Shown here: one piece after another, positions 24,901 through 36,834 of the stretch
Layout: each line of letters begins with the position of its first letter
Position numbering within the stretch: position 1 is the first letter of the stretch
Source: Styela clava
Lineage: Eukaryota
Direction of reading: 5' to 3'
Assembly (NCBI RefSeq): GCF_964204865.1
Contig: NC_135251.1
Location: forward strand, 20,460,001-20,524,000
DNA: 64,000 nt
Notes under the pieces: generated by a model
Seen by the model: only the letters and a program-made list of their open reading frames with translations
Told to the model about the DNA's origin: nothing
Databases searched by the model: none
Position numbers and translations under genes: made by a program

Positions 24901-25363
24901 GGTCAACATCATGAACACAGTTCATGTCACCTCCCAAAATAACAGGATACTGTGAATGTATGAATCTGTAGCTGTTGTTATAAAAGTTTTCTTGTGTTAT
25001 AATGCTTGTTCTGCAGGGGGCATAAATATTAACAAAATGAATTATTTCTCCATGGATGTTTATATTAGCAGTCACTACTTTTCCATTATTGTCAAAAGAA
25101 ATATTACTAAATGAAAAATTGTTCAGTTTTGATTTAATTAATATAGCGACACCCCTATAGTTTGAGTTCCCGCTATTCCATAAACTTGTATCCCATTTCC
25201 ACTTCCGGCGCCATTTTAATGCAACGTCTGGGGTGCAGTGCGTTTCTTGTAAAAATATCACATCTGCTTTTTGCTTGGTTAATCCATGAAAAACATCTTT
25301 TCGTTTTTGGTTGTCTCTTATTCCATTTACATTAATTGTTAATATTGTTAAATACAGCACCAT
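21902..25363 (-). pseudogene. LINE ORF2: APE endonuclease + reverse transcriptase + C-terminal zinc finger
   Basis: One reading frame broken by 3 in-frame stops (~24512, ~24491, ~24035). Motifs: TINVNG, FLQETH, NIYAP, LGGDMN, RLDRIY, SDHD (APE); KTPGPDG, NYRPISLLNTDYKIL, LDLNKAFDSV, GVRQGDPLS, YADD (RT); CVLCSQEPEFISHLFWNC. Confidence 0.93.
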
Positions 25364-25426
25364 TATATGTGTTTTTTTATTTCTTATTTGTTCTTTGATT
25401 TGGTAATATGAGAAGAATTACAAGTG

Positions 25427-26544
25427 TTATTCGCTCATACTCTGAAGATATTCATTTGCCTCTTTTATGGTCATAGTTCTTTGTTTTCTCCCCGTTTTTT
25501 TCTTTCTTGGTGGTGATCTTTCATTTGAATCAGTGTTAGTAGATATTTTTTGTGTTAGATTTTCTTGCTGTTGTTTGTCTCGTCCCAAAACATATAATAT
25601 AGTTTTCTCTGATGAATTAGATTTGCTTGTCGAATTCTCAGAGTGCATCTGTTTTTCATTCCCTTTTCCATTAATTTCATTATCTTCACTGATGTCTGAG
25701 ATGTTGCCAAACATTTCAGGTTGTAAACTTGATACAGTTATACATTCTTCTGCATTTGCTGGTGTGCTTTGTTTTGGGCTAGCATTTTTTACTGGTTCTA
25801 TATCAATAGTTTCTTTTTCTTGTCTGGGTGTAGTTTCTTTTTCTTGTCTGGGTGCTAATATGGTTTCGTCATCTCTTACATTTTCTGGACTTGTTAATTT
25901 TTGTCCTGTATCTTTGTATTTTACAAATTTTGGAATGAATTCCTCACATGCATTCTTCAAATGACCAGTTTTGCCACAAATGCGACAAGTTGGTTTTTGT
26001 CCCCAATATTTAACGAAAAGAGAATGTCCCTTTATTTTGACATAACTCTTGATGGGTTTTTCCATAATATCATCTTTTCTTATAAAAAATCTACGAATAC
26101 CATTTTTTATGTTGAACCTGTCTTTTAATGGGAGAACTTCTCCTATTTTTCCATGGTTGTTTTCAAAGTGTTCTTTTATTTCAATTTCCTTCAATGGGAT
26201 TGGTACATGATGTATAAAAACAGCAACATTTCCGGGAACATAAAGCCTATGTAGTAGTAGGTTTTCTGCCCCTATTCTTTTCATCTCCCACAATTTCTTA
26301 TCGACATCTATCGCAGTTGTTCTGGTTTTGTATGTATATCAACTGTGGTTTTAGATGTCATCAAGAATCCATCCACTGATTCAAACACAATACCAACTTT
26401 TCTGAATAAATCCCATACATCTTCTCTTCTAACAATCTTGTCATCACCAAATTTCAAGGCCATACATTTAGACCTATCTAAAGTGGATCTTTCTTCTTCA
26501 TCTTTTTTCCGAGCATTTCTCAGTTTGTCAGAATAAAGCGACAT
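25427..26544 (-). pseudogene. LINE ORF1 (gag-like, CCHC zinc knuckle)
   Basis: ORFs 26544-26308 and 26293-25427 join if one A is restored in an A-run near 26328. Contains YWGQKPTCRICGKTGHLKNAC, a Tx1-type ORF1 knuckle. Confidence 0.85.
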
Positions 26545-26583
26545 CTTCAGATATTACTTTATAAGTTGTTGATTAGTCTAGTC

Positions 26584-27893
26584 CAGGCCTGCACAACTCA
26601 AATTACCACGAGGGCCGCAAGCATAAATTTGAAGGCTCGGCGGGCCGCAAACTTTGCCACATACATATTTCACAAAATGAACTACAAATCGAAATAATAT
26701 TGTAAAACAGTTAAACTTAATGAAACACTTTCATTACTGGGGGGGCTTAAAATTATGAAGAATCTTATTTTCCTGAGTAAAGACAAGGTACAGTATTTTT
26801 GCATATGAGATGGCAAATATGTATTGAGTGGTTCAACTACCTTGAAAATCCACCCTTCATTTTCAATATTTCTTCGACTGTTAAATTACATTTTTCTACA
26901 AAATCTGCTCCAATTTTTTGAAATTTAACAGTAAACAGCAAAATCTTTTGTGCGAGAATTTCTGCACCATTCATAAATGAAGGAATTGTTTTTAAGTTTT
27001 AAATTTGAAAAAGAAACTACAGTTTCATAAACTGCTAGTAAAAAATAGTGGAATTATCAATAGGTAGCTAATATGCACTAATGGGTGTGAGATTGTGCCG
27101 ATATTGTTTTAAGCGTGATTCAGTTTGAACACTGAGATATCTAAATCAGGGTTTTCCAAACTTGGGGCGAGAAACAGTTAAACTTAATGAAACACTTTCA
27201 TTACTGGGGGGGCTTAAAATTATGAAGAATCTTATTTTCCTGAGTAAAGACAAGGTACAGTATTTTTGCATATGAGATGGCAAATATGTATTGAGTGGTT
27301 CAACTACCTTGAAAACCCACCCTTCATTTTCAATATTTCTTCGACTGTTAAATTACATTTTTCTACAAAATCTGCTCCAATTTTTTGAAATTTAACAGTA
27401 AACAGCAAAATCTTTTGTGCGAGAATTCCTGCACCATTCATAAATGAAGGAATTGTTTTTAAGTTCTAAATTTGAAAAAGAAACTACTGTTTCATAAACT
27501 GCTAGTAAAAAATAGTGGAATTATCAATAGGTAGCTAATATGCACTAATGGGTGTGAGATTGTACCGATATTGTTTTAAGCGTGATTCAGTTTGAACACT
27601 GAGATATCTAAATCAGAGTTTTCCAAACTTGGGGCGAGAGGTCGAGCAACAAATTTTAAGGGTCGCGAAGGGCACACCAATTTCACACAAAGTTCGATAT
27701 TTATTGAAACTAGTGCAAAACATAAACCTCCCGATTTCGAATATGATCGGCGTAGCGGCTCGCTTGCATAAATAACAATGCCGGCTTTGATTGTTAGACC
27801 CGAGAAGTGGCGTGTTTCCAAATCAACCGCGGGCCGCACAGAAGTATCTGGCGGGCCGCATGTGGCCCGCGGGCCGCATGTTGTGCAGGCCTG
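26584..27893. mobile_element. Non-autonomous hAT (Charlie/Buster-like) element nested in the LINE 5' UTR
   Basis: TIR CAGGCCTGCACAAC/GTTGTGCAGGCCTG, perfect TSD GTCTAGTC (26576-26583, 27894-27901) and GCGGGCCGCA subterminal repeats. Internal 467-bp tandem duplication (26705-27171 / 27172-27638). Confidence 0.92.
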
Positions 27894-28196
27894 GTCTAGT
27901 CTAACGTTGTTTATTATTTTATATAATATCTTATAATATAATATCTGTGACACTATATCAGGGATGGCGAACCACTGACCCGCGGAACTAAAATATAAAT
28001 GTTTGCAGACGTCTCGAAACTCACATTTGAAGAATGATTTGCTGTCACCAGATGGGGTTTTGGCGTGGAAACACATCTAGAGGGAATTTATGAATATATG
28101 TCTAAAAAAAACATTTGAAACAGCCATGTAAACTAACAGACCAACATGTTTAACTCAATAGCCTGATAAATTGCTACAACACCGTTTCGGTATTAC

Positions 28197-28236
28197 CAAT
28201 GTCACGGAAGTAAACAAGAAATTCGATGTTCCGGAC
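28197..28236 (+). promoter_or_regulatory. Putative promoter module upstream of LENG1
   Basis: CCAATGTCACGGAAGTAAACAAGAAATTCGATG resembles the motifs at 16543 and 45417. Confidence 0.4.
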
Positions 28237-28418
28237 AAAACGTCGCATAAAACTGAGGATCAACATAGCACACGAGAGGGCGCCGTAGAGAGAGTAGGGT
28301 CGAATGTTTGCTCGTTTAAAGTTTGAGTTTCACATTCACCTGTGTTAACTTTTCATCGTCATTTTGTTTTTGTTAGACTAGACAGGGCGCGTTTTCTGCA
28401 AGACCGAGAAGATTGCTG

Positions 28419-28891
28419 GGGTCTGGTATAGTTTAGTACCACATGCACTTCTAGTTGGCCTGGCTCAACAATTTTTGCATATGTCAATCCTAACCCTCAC
28501 CTGACTACGTCACCCAAAAAGTACCGGTACGTCATTTCGACGTCACAGTGGCGTAATAATGACCACCAAAGTACAGAAGTATGCGAATGGTCGTCCAAAA
28601 CGCGCAGACGAGCACCCGAAATCGAGCAAGCTACGGTATCTCTCTTGTTTTCTCGTCACAACGATCACGATAGGAGAGAGATCGCTGGCTTTAGCGAGTT
28701 CGTTATCGGCGGCGCAGATGTCATTTCAGGCGATCGTAATTATACTTTTGCAAGACCTATGACGTGATGGCGACGTCGTAGTGACGTAATTTTTGGATGG
28801 CATAGTCAGGTGGGGGTTAGGAATAACATATGCAAAATTCGTTATGCTACGCCCACTGTAAGTACCTGTGGTACTAAACTATACTGGACTC
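28419..28891. mobile_element. Mutator-like MITE with long TIRs
   Basis: Imperfect TIRs of over 100 bp (GGGTCTGGTATAGTTTAGTACCAC.../...GTGGTACTAAACTATACTGGACTC) and a perfect 8-bp TSD GATTGCTG. Confidence 0.85.
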
Positions 28892-28984
28892 GATTGCTGA
28901 GTTCTTCATCGCCGTAGGGCAGTATGATGAGAATGACAGTCTACCGTATGGTACCGGTACCTATCGTTTATTTACTGCAATTTT

Positions 28985-29132
28985 GGATTTGGATTTACAT
29001 ATTTATCCCGGGGGAGAGGAAAGCCGATAAGACGGCTTAATCGTATGGTGAACCACGGCCTCTTGTCCGGTTACCAGTCCAGGTCGGGTATGGGATTAGT
29101 TAGCCAGTTATTTGTTTTCGAAAGCTTGGACT
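28985..29132 (-). mobile_element. SINE 3' fragment
   Basis: GGATTTACATATTTATCCCGGGGGAGAGGAAAGCCGATAAGAC... is the same family as 7338-7685. Confidence 0.8.
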
Positions 29133-29463
29133 TCCCGACAATGATGCAATCACAGACGAGAGAACTGGGTTGATTTTAATAAAACAACTTTGTTTTTTTT
29201 ATATTTGTATTTTTATATCTTTTAATTTGTGGTGTGTCAAGTTCAAGAAGGAGAACCATTTTTTCCCAATTACTAAGCTGTTTTTATATGTTACTTACAA
29301 CCTAGGTAAGTCAAATCCTTACTAAAGCCCAATCATAATACAATTTTTTTTTCTTTAATCTTCAATCAGTATACTGTTTTGGAACATTTTAAATCAGCAG
29401 TATGAATGAATGTTATTGAACAGTATTTATTACATTAAAGTTGGTTTTCGTTGGATTTTTTAA

Positions 29464-30297
29464 ATGAATATTCTGCCAAAGAAGAGTTGGCATGTTCGTA
29501 ATAAGGATAACGTTGCCAAAGTAAGACGAGATGAAGAGAATGCAAGGCTTGAGGAAAAGGAGCAAAATCGTCGCGCTGCTTTGGCTGAGCGAGAAGCAAG
29601 AACAAAACATCTACGAGATAAAGCTCGTCAAAGAGCAATTGAAACCGGGGCTGATTTTAAACAAATAGAAGGCTCATCTGAGAAAAGTCTTTTACCTACA
29701 AATTTCTTTACGAATTCAACACTTGAACGGGGTGCAACTTCATCAATAAAAAATGTGGAACATGAAAAAGAGAAAAAAGAAGAACAAGTGAATTATGAAA
29801 AGAAGATTGGTCTCTTGACTTACTTGGGCCAGAGTGCAGCGGAAACAATGGAGGACTCTGACAAGCCATGGTATTTTAAAACACCAAAGCGATATTCAGA
29901 TGGTAAAAAAGGGGATTCGTCTATCGAGGATCATCAAGAAGCAGATTTGAAAAGAAAAAATTCTTTGGATCCAATCCAAGCAATGCAAAATCATTTACAG
30001 AAGAAAAAACTTGTGGAATCGAGAAAAGAAAAAACGAAAAAGAAACATAAGAGAAAACACAAACATCAACTTTTTGAAAAGGAATCTGTCCCACGCCGAT
30101 CAGGTTCATCTAATGATAAATTAGCGAAATTAAGAGAAGAAAGACTTAAGCGAGAGAAAAAGGAAAGAGAAAGGACTATAGCACTTTTAAATAATGGAGA
30201 ATCCAATTCATCTAATAATTATAACATTGAACGAGGGCGATATAATTCCCAATATAATCCTCATCTTGTGAGACAAAAATATCATTCTAAATATTGA
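29464..30297 (+). CDS. LENG1: Leukocyte receptor cluster member 1 homolog (CIR N-terminal domain)
   Basis: Intronless 277-aa ORF with MNILPKKSWHVRNKDNVAKVRRDEE, EKKIGLLTYLGQSA, PWY, LDP, KLREERLKRE and YNSQYNP. Confidence 0.93.
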   Translation: MNILPKKSWHVRNKDNVAKVRRDEENARLEEKEQNRRAALAEREARTKHLRDKARQRAIETGADFKQIEGSSEKSLLPTNFFTNSTLERGATSSIKNVEHEKEKKEEQVNYEKKIGLLTYLGQSAAETMEDSDKPWYFKTPKRYSDGKKGDSSIEDHQEADLKRKNSLDPIQAMQNHLQKKKLVESRKEKTKKKHKRKHKHQLFEKESVPRRSGSSNDKLAKLREERLKREKKERERTIALLNNGESNSSNNYNIERGRYNSQYNPHLVRQKYHSKY

Positions 30298-31099
30298 TAT
30301 CAGATCGTTTTTATCTCTGAATAAGGTCCCGTCTTTCACAATATATTTTATCAGTATCACTGTGATTAAACAAATCAGTTAGATATCTTGTATACATTTT
30401 AAACCCCAGTTTTGGGTCTAAGCGCCTAATTTGCAAGTCAAGCTAAATCTCTGATATTCGATTTGTGAGCCCAGTCCAAGTCGTCGTGCATTTCACATTA
30501 ACACCAAAAGTTTTGTCTTGTGTTTAACCAGAGTTGTTTTGATAATTTAATCAGTGTTGGATTTAATAATGTATTGCAGTATTTACCTCTCCATCAACCC
30601 ATCCTAATATGAGTTGGCCTATTTCTACAAGCTGTAAATTTTTGGTTTTCCAATTCAGTATGTGGTAAATCATTTTTTACCAAAATTTTGTTTCATTTTC
30701 AAAATTTTGACCGAAATTATCTTTAGTCCCAAGTCATTTCTCTCTGGTGGTTGGAAAAATCTTTCTGTTTAAATGATCTGAGTCACTTCGACTCTGTGGT
30801 TCCCTAAAACTGTTACACAGATTACAGATAAATAATTTGCATTTTTCCGGGTAATATAAAAGAGATTCTATTCTTCCATATTGAGTCCTACGAGAAACAT
30901 TTGTGATGCAAGATCTCTGAACTTATTCGTAACTTATAGTTTAAGTGATTTTAAATACAAATTGTCGTTTTGACATTTATAATCATATCGACATTGATAT
31001 TTATAATATTGCGCATTGATTTATATAACAATGTTATTAACTAGGATATTTTTGTTTTTGAATTTCAAGATGTAGTTTTAATTTTTACTGTAAATTGAT

Positions 31100-34000
31100 A
31101 TGGCTGACTTTGTACAGTTACCTTTTGGTGCTAAACTATTATGGGATCGCAAAGGGCTGATATCTTCATCTGTTGTATTATTTATATGGATGTATGGTCA
31201 TCTCATAGTTTTTCTACCAATTCTCGTACCTCATTATAAAGATGGAAATATTTCTAGCATTACAATTTCAGGTAAGCTTTCAAAATTAATTCCTTTTATA
31301 TTTAAAATTTAATTCCTGGCGCAAAGAACAAGTGTTTAGCTTATGCAAATTATTTTAACATCAAAAATATATTTTATAACACTATGAGAATGTGGCGATA
31401 CAATATATTTCATATTTTCAGGATATCTTTTTCTCAGCATTGCAACCATTGTTGCATTTTTCCGTTCCATGTTTTCAGACCCTGGAAAGGTAGAAAAGGT
31501 TGAAGATACAAAGGTATGATTTTGCTATAATATTTTGCTTTCTTTAAAAATTCGATTATTTTTTTCAGCTATCAGTTTCATGCTAGTATCCCTTAAACAG
31601 TGCACTATGATTTTTAGCGAGCCAATGAGTGAAGAAATATATTTTGTAATATGTTCGTTTCGGTTTTGTTGGTTTTTAGTATATTTCAAGTCCATATGTT
31701 ATCTTAATGAAGAAGTATTTTTGTTAGATACCAAAGGAAGGAGGTAGTACGTTCATCCTAATATGCTAAACATTCTCAATTGACTTGAATTCTATCGCAT
31801 TGGATTTTATATATGCTATTGGTCTTCATCCTCCATATATTTACTTATTATTTATGTTGTCAGATTGATTGGCGAACATGGGAAAAATGTGTGCGATGTT
31901 GCATGGCTCGACCTCCAAGAAGTCATCACTGTAGCAAGTGTAATTATTGTGTGTTGAATATGGATCATCATTGTCAATGGTAATATAGCTGACTTTAATT
32001 AACCTTAATAAAGTGGTCATATTCGTGATTTAAAAAAATTAACATTATTACTCTTGTTAAATATGATTCAGAATGTGAAATCAAATATAAGTAACACATT
32101 TTAAATATGAACTTCTTTCACAAAGAATATGGATTCTGAATGCTTGAATTACTCTTGTTATTTGTAGAATACTAAATAACAAACGAGAATAATAAATATC
32201 GATCAGAGACCGAACCTTTATCGATCGAAAGTTAGGGGATCCCTCAAAACAGCGCTCTTACTCCATAGTGACACCTTGTGTCCCATCACTAATTAATTAA
32301 TAACTCGCTAATTATACGACATAATTCATCCAAAATCAATAGGCTTCTGGTACGACATATAATGAATGTACATGCAAAAGCAGATTCAGTCTCGCTTTCG
32401 TGAGATGTCGCGTGCACCTAACAGTCAAACGGACAAATACCTATCAACATACCTACCGATTAAAATCGATAAGTAATGAGGTAGAGGCTGCTGAACTAGA
32501 ACGAAACTTGTTCCTCCAAGCAATGCAGCTCCATATATATTAGTAGTAACTTGTCTTGTGTCTCATTTGCAGTGAAGATATAAATATAACAAATCGTTCA
32601 TTCTTTTATTTTTGGGTGACGTGGTATTTTAGTATTCCAAAGGGGGTATCATAAAGCTTTATCTCTGGAGGAACGTCATGGGACTTCGAATGAACAGTAT
32701 TCGTATAAAAGTTTCTTTCATTCTATTCTACAGCTGAAAGTCTATTCTAATTTACCATTCCATGTTCATTTGTAGGATCAACAACTGTGTTGGGAAAAAC
32801 AACTACTGGATTTTTTATTTGCTGCTCTTCTATGCATTTCTATTTGTCAACCTGAATATTGCGCTTTATCATTTTCACAAGTGGAGTTGGTTTGGGGATT
32901 GCGAATCATGTACACAAGTATGTATGAATATTAAAATTTTGATAATAATTTTACTAACAGTAGGATATGCAGGACATATGGTAAGTTGAACTTTTGGTAA
33001 AATTGTTCAGTTTTCATAGCCTTTTGACGCATTCATTATATGGAACTAGCAATGCGCTACCTACGATAATAAATTAGATAGGCTATGCCGAATCGAAAAG
33101 ATTTAACTAAAAAGTAGCAGGGCTGCAAGTTGCTGTTTGTATAGTGCCTTATCTGGAGCAAAAGACGTGAATACATACATATTGAAAAAAAAATGACATA
33201 TTCTCACTTGAGTGCTTACAAAAACAATAATATTAATTGAGATTATAATTCAAGTGTGATAGGATGTTCGCAGTACAGTTTTGAATGCTTTCTTGGTTCA
33301 GATCACTTGGATACACCCGTTGGAAAACCCTGTCAAAGCAATATCATATGGTATTGCTATTCTTGCATTTGTGGGAATCACATTGCTGCTTATGCTTACT
33401 GGAATACACATATCTATAGTAAGTCTAATCATGTTAACAATTTATGAAGATATTCGAATTTTTATGTCGTAACACAACCTTCTGTATGATATAGGTTGTT
33501 TTAATATAAAACGCCTTGACTGTGTCAATACCTTACTTATGTAAATTGTGAACTTGGCAGCCAAATCCTGATCACTAGAAATTTGAAAATTTTCTCCAGT
33601 CTCAAATAGATAGAATATCCTAAGTCTCATGTTTAGGATGGGGTGTGCCCCTTAATCTCTTTCCGCGAAATGGCAAGTTTATTCATCAATCCAATGCTAT
33701 TTGTCCATGTAGCAACTAGCAATAGCTGCTTTTGGATAAAAAATAGGACGTAGACAAAGAGAAATCACGAGCAATTTCGAAATACAATATCGTTCCTAAT
33801 TTTTAAAGAGTTGATAAATTGCAAACAATCTTGATGTAAGTTGTTATAATTTACCTTCATGCACAAATTAATATTTATTCTCACTAGGGTCTTTCAACCA
33901 TAGAAGCATTAGAAGATCCTAAGGCAGCGATATCTAGAGTTCTAAAATATGGAAGGTGAGAGTGATATGTTTTTGAAAAAATGTCATCCAAATAAATCTA

Positions 34001-34297
34001 TGAAGTATTGATATTTACATCAGTTTAAGATAGAAAGTCCATATTTTGAAAACTTTGGATAAGATTTTAACATCACATCGATTTTTTTCTTTCTGTAAAT
34101 TTCATTTATTGTGAATGATGACATCAAAATTATATTTATTTTCAAATCTGTGAAGTATTATTATTCTGTACAGCATCTTCCCAAGGTTCTCCTCCTTAAA
34201 GACATTGTGTGGAACAAAAAACGCCTTTTTGTGGATCATGCCTTGTAGGACTCGTGAAAAGGAAAGTGACAAAAATGCTCGGCTTCACGTAATTTGA
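31100..34297 (+). CDS. ZDHHC21: Palmitoyltransferase, ZDHHC21-like
   Basis: Exons ~31100-31271, 31422-31513 (DPG motif), 31864-31979 ([33 protein letters not shown]), 32776-32917 ([12 protein letters not shown]), 33302-33418, 33888-33955 (STIE) and 34174-34297 ([13 protein letters not shown]...LHVI*). The N-terminal TM/PHY pattern and C-terminus resemble ZDHHC21. Confidence 0.85.
32177..32478. mobile_element. Probable Helentron-associated small element (second family)
   Basis: Short subterminal IR TTATCGAT/ATCGATAA, a CAAAATCAATAGG block, a (CAGA/CAAA/GGAC)-type microsatellite near one end and no TSD. Lies in a ZDHHC intron. Confidence 0.4.
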
Positions 34298-34823
34298 GAA
34301 ATGTATTTGATTGTGTTCATCATGCTTGGTTTTTTCACACACATGAGCACATTTGTTACAGTGTGTTTTATTTTTGCAATGTAATGTCAATTTATATAGT
34401 ACAATTGTATTATTTAGTACACATTTCATTTGAAGTTTCCTCAAGTCAAGCCTGGAATGTCTGATAGCTTTTAGCTTGTAATCTCAATTCTTAAAACATT
34501 GATCATATTCTAATACATCTATGTTTGTGGTAACAGCTTTCCAGTACATATTGTTATTTTTTTTGTAAAATGTATGCTACTCATGCTCAAGTAGGTATTG
34601 TTTAAAAACTTAGTTTTATTACCCACATTATCCTCTGTTGCACTAATTATTTTCTCTCAAGTATGCAAACCATATAGTCTGTTTCTTCATATTCTGGTTG
34701 AACTAATACATTTGTGAATTGAGTATTTACTATTTTATAGCACATACACCGCAAATGGACTATCCACGTATAGAGAAGGTAGTTTTGTAGGCAAAACAGA
34801 ACCCAGGGATGAACACATGATTA

Positions 34824-35036
34824 GGTACTCCCGTAGTGTGTGTACCAGGTTTGGGTTAGGCCATAATTTTATTCCGATTCTCCTTTTAGTTATATTTCGA
34901 GTTCGGGGACTGTCTGTATGTTAGCCAAGTGAATATACCTTCTGCCCATAGGTTTCAGTCCATTCACACAACTTGATGTAAAGTAGGCGAACAAAATTAG
35001 TTACCTCCGTATTGGTACACACGCTTCTGGACCGCC
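34824..35036. mobile_element. MITE (~210 bp), copy 1
   Basis: TIR GGTACTCCCGTAGTGTGTGTACCA / TGGTACACACGCTTCTGGACCGCC. Near-identical copy at 54066-54274. Confidence 0.8.
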
Positions 35037-36161
35037 CAAAATTATGGGCATATGACTTCTACTCTATTCTAAGTTCGCCATGGTGCATATGTAGAAGGAG
35101 ACTGACTTCGTATTTTTAATTTTACTGTGAATCTGGAATTCGTTGTTTTTAATTTATCTGAAGCAAGCAGCGTCGAGTATGGATGGGCCTCTAACCCCAT
35201 AAAATTTCAATCACTCTCCTAATTGAGGTGTGACACTTCGTAAATGAAATTGTATTTGAATATTCAAATAGTGGCGTATACACCAGTGCATATGATCAGT
35301 CAGATACATAACATTTTTTTTTATAAATGACAAATAGTTATATCACTAATAACAAAATATCTACTAAATATCACACCCTAAATTTGAAAACACCCTCAAA
35401 AATGGGGGAATTCTGCTACTTATCTCACGTAACTAATCCTTTGTATATAAGAGCTATTCTAAGTGACTCTACCGGACAATTCAAGAAATTTTGCACGTTG
35501 TCAGATGCAATTTATCCTTACATTAACAGCTACATGTTTTGTATCATTGTCCAATCAGTTGCTTTATGAGGGGCTTGAGCAAAACTTCACGAAAGTTACA
35601 CACAAGACTTCCTTGTTGGGTATAAAATATAGCGTGACACTACGGGACGGAAAGTCCACCACGCATTAACGTTTCATTGTGTTGTTCATTGCGCTGACCG
35701 TCAAACTGGGCGATTGGGGGGCGCTGACATCAATACGGGAATTCACAGGAAGTGTGATATTTTATGTCATTTACTCCTATGTTTTGGTTCAAACTAGTTT
35801 GCTTGTGATTTCGGAGTTGGAAATTTCTCGCTTACCGTAGAACAGGTATTATGACTTTTTAAATCCGTATTGTTGTTTCACAATGATACTAGTCTAGCGC
35901 ACCAGGCCCTTCACGTTTCGTTGTATTGTATTGAATAACAGCTTCATTTTGCTATCGGGTTTATTGGTGCTTTGATGCGGTAGTGTAGGTACAACACCCT
36001 TATGTTATAATTTTGGTTTTGTTAAGAGCAACACGTGGAAAACGACAAAAATCTCGCCTGTTGTTATATCATGTCGGTTTATCATTTGTGTCGCGTCAAA
36101 CTATCGAACACACTGACTGAAGCAGCTTATTTAACTGATTTATATTAAAAACAGTATTATA

Positions 36162-36600
36162 CAGAGAGGTCCCCAAAAAACGGGACCATCTATTTCTCAA
36201 TTACTTTTACGAAAATGAAGTGAATTATTTAATTTTGTCTACACTTGAACTTCTGTCTGTGTATATTTGTACCCAAACGTGTCGGAAAATTTAGGACGTT
36301 TTGCACAAAAATTGTATTCTTTTTTGCAACATTGTCAATCACTTTTCTTTGGGTATTTCTCTATTTTGATTCTGCAATTGCAGCGTTGAGTTCACCAATC
36401 GTTTGAGGATTGTCCTGATACAAATTGTCCTTCGAACACCCTACATACCAAAATCTGAGAGGCTTCAGTCCTATAATTAAGGTGCCCACTGGATGTCATA
36501 GCTGACTTTTCTCTCAGGAAAGCAAGCGTCTGATTTGATGTATGGGGGTCACCTCGTCATGCTGGTACCACTGCTGGTCACTTCTATCAATCCCTAAAGG
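36162..36600 (-). mobile_element. Tc1/mariner-superfamily transposase relic with one terminus
   Basis: TA|CAG terminus at 36162. The minus strand reads WYQHDEVTP..H and WAP...LKPLRFWYVGCSKDNLYQDNPQTIGELNAAI, degenerate forms of WFQQDGAPPH and WPPRSPDLNPLDFFLWG. A related fragment is at ~59520-59700. Confidence 0.6.
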
Positions 36601-36834
36601 CATGTCCAGATTTTGCCCGGCACAACCACGTAATGTTCTGTATTCGTCCTTTGAACTCTTTCATCTCCATTATCGGACAGCAGAAGGTGCGCTTCAGCAG
36701 AAAACTTAGTGAGTGGTTGAAAATTTTGCGGACCTTCTCAGTGTAATCAAACGCAAATAGAAGTTCAAGCGCAAATAACATTGAATAATTTTTTCGGAGA
36801 TAGTTGCGTAATTTTTGGTTTCCGTTTTGAAGAT

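Larger units (their letters stand above)
21650..27942 (-). mobile_element. Full-length Tx1/L1-clade non-LTR retrotransposon (disabled)
   Basis: Poly(A) tail (T-run 21650-21658 on +). 17-bp TSD ATCTGTGGCACTATATC (21633-21649) / ATCTGTGACACTATATC (27943-27959). ORF1 and ORF2 in tandem. Confidence 0.92.

Noticed and set aside
22800-26536. + strand ORFs 22800, 25467, 25901, 26345 (also 5549, 6003, 6594 over BAP1)
   Set aside because: These are antisense shadows of real minus-strand coding frames.
27576-28076. 166-aa minus-strand ORF
   Set aside because: It crosses the hAT terminus, the LINE 5' end and the TSD, so it is a chance read-through of GC-rich subterminal repeats.
30298-31099. LENG1-ZDHHC21 operon
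   Set aside because: The genes are co-oriented and 0.8 kb apart, but nothing in the sequence alone distinguishes polycistronic SL resolution from independent promoters.
34200-34230. Apparent frameshift in the last ZDHHC21 exon
   Set aside because: Recounting the A-run (six A after ACA's C) shows the frame is intact through LWIMP to TGA at 34297.
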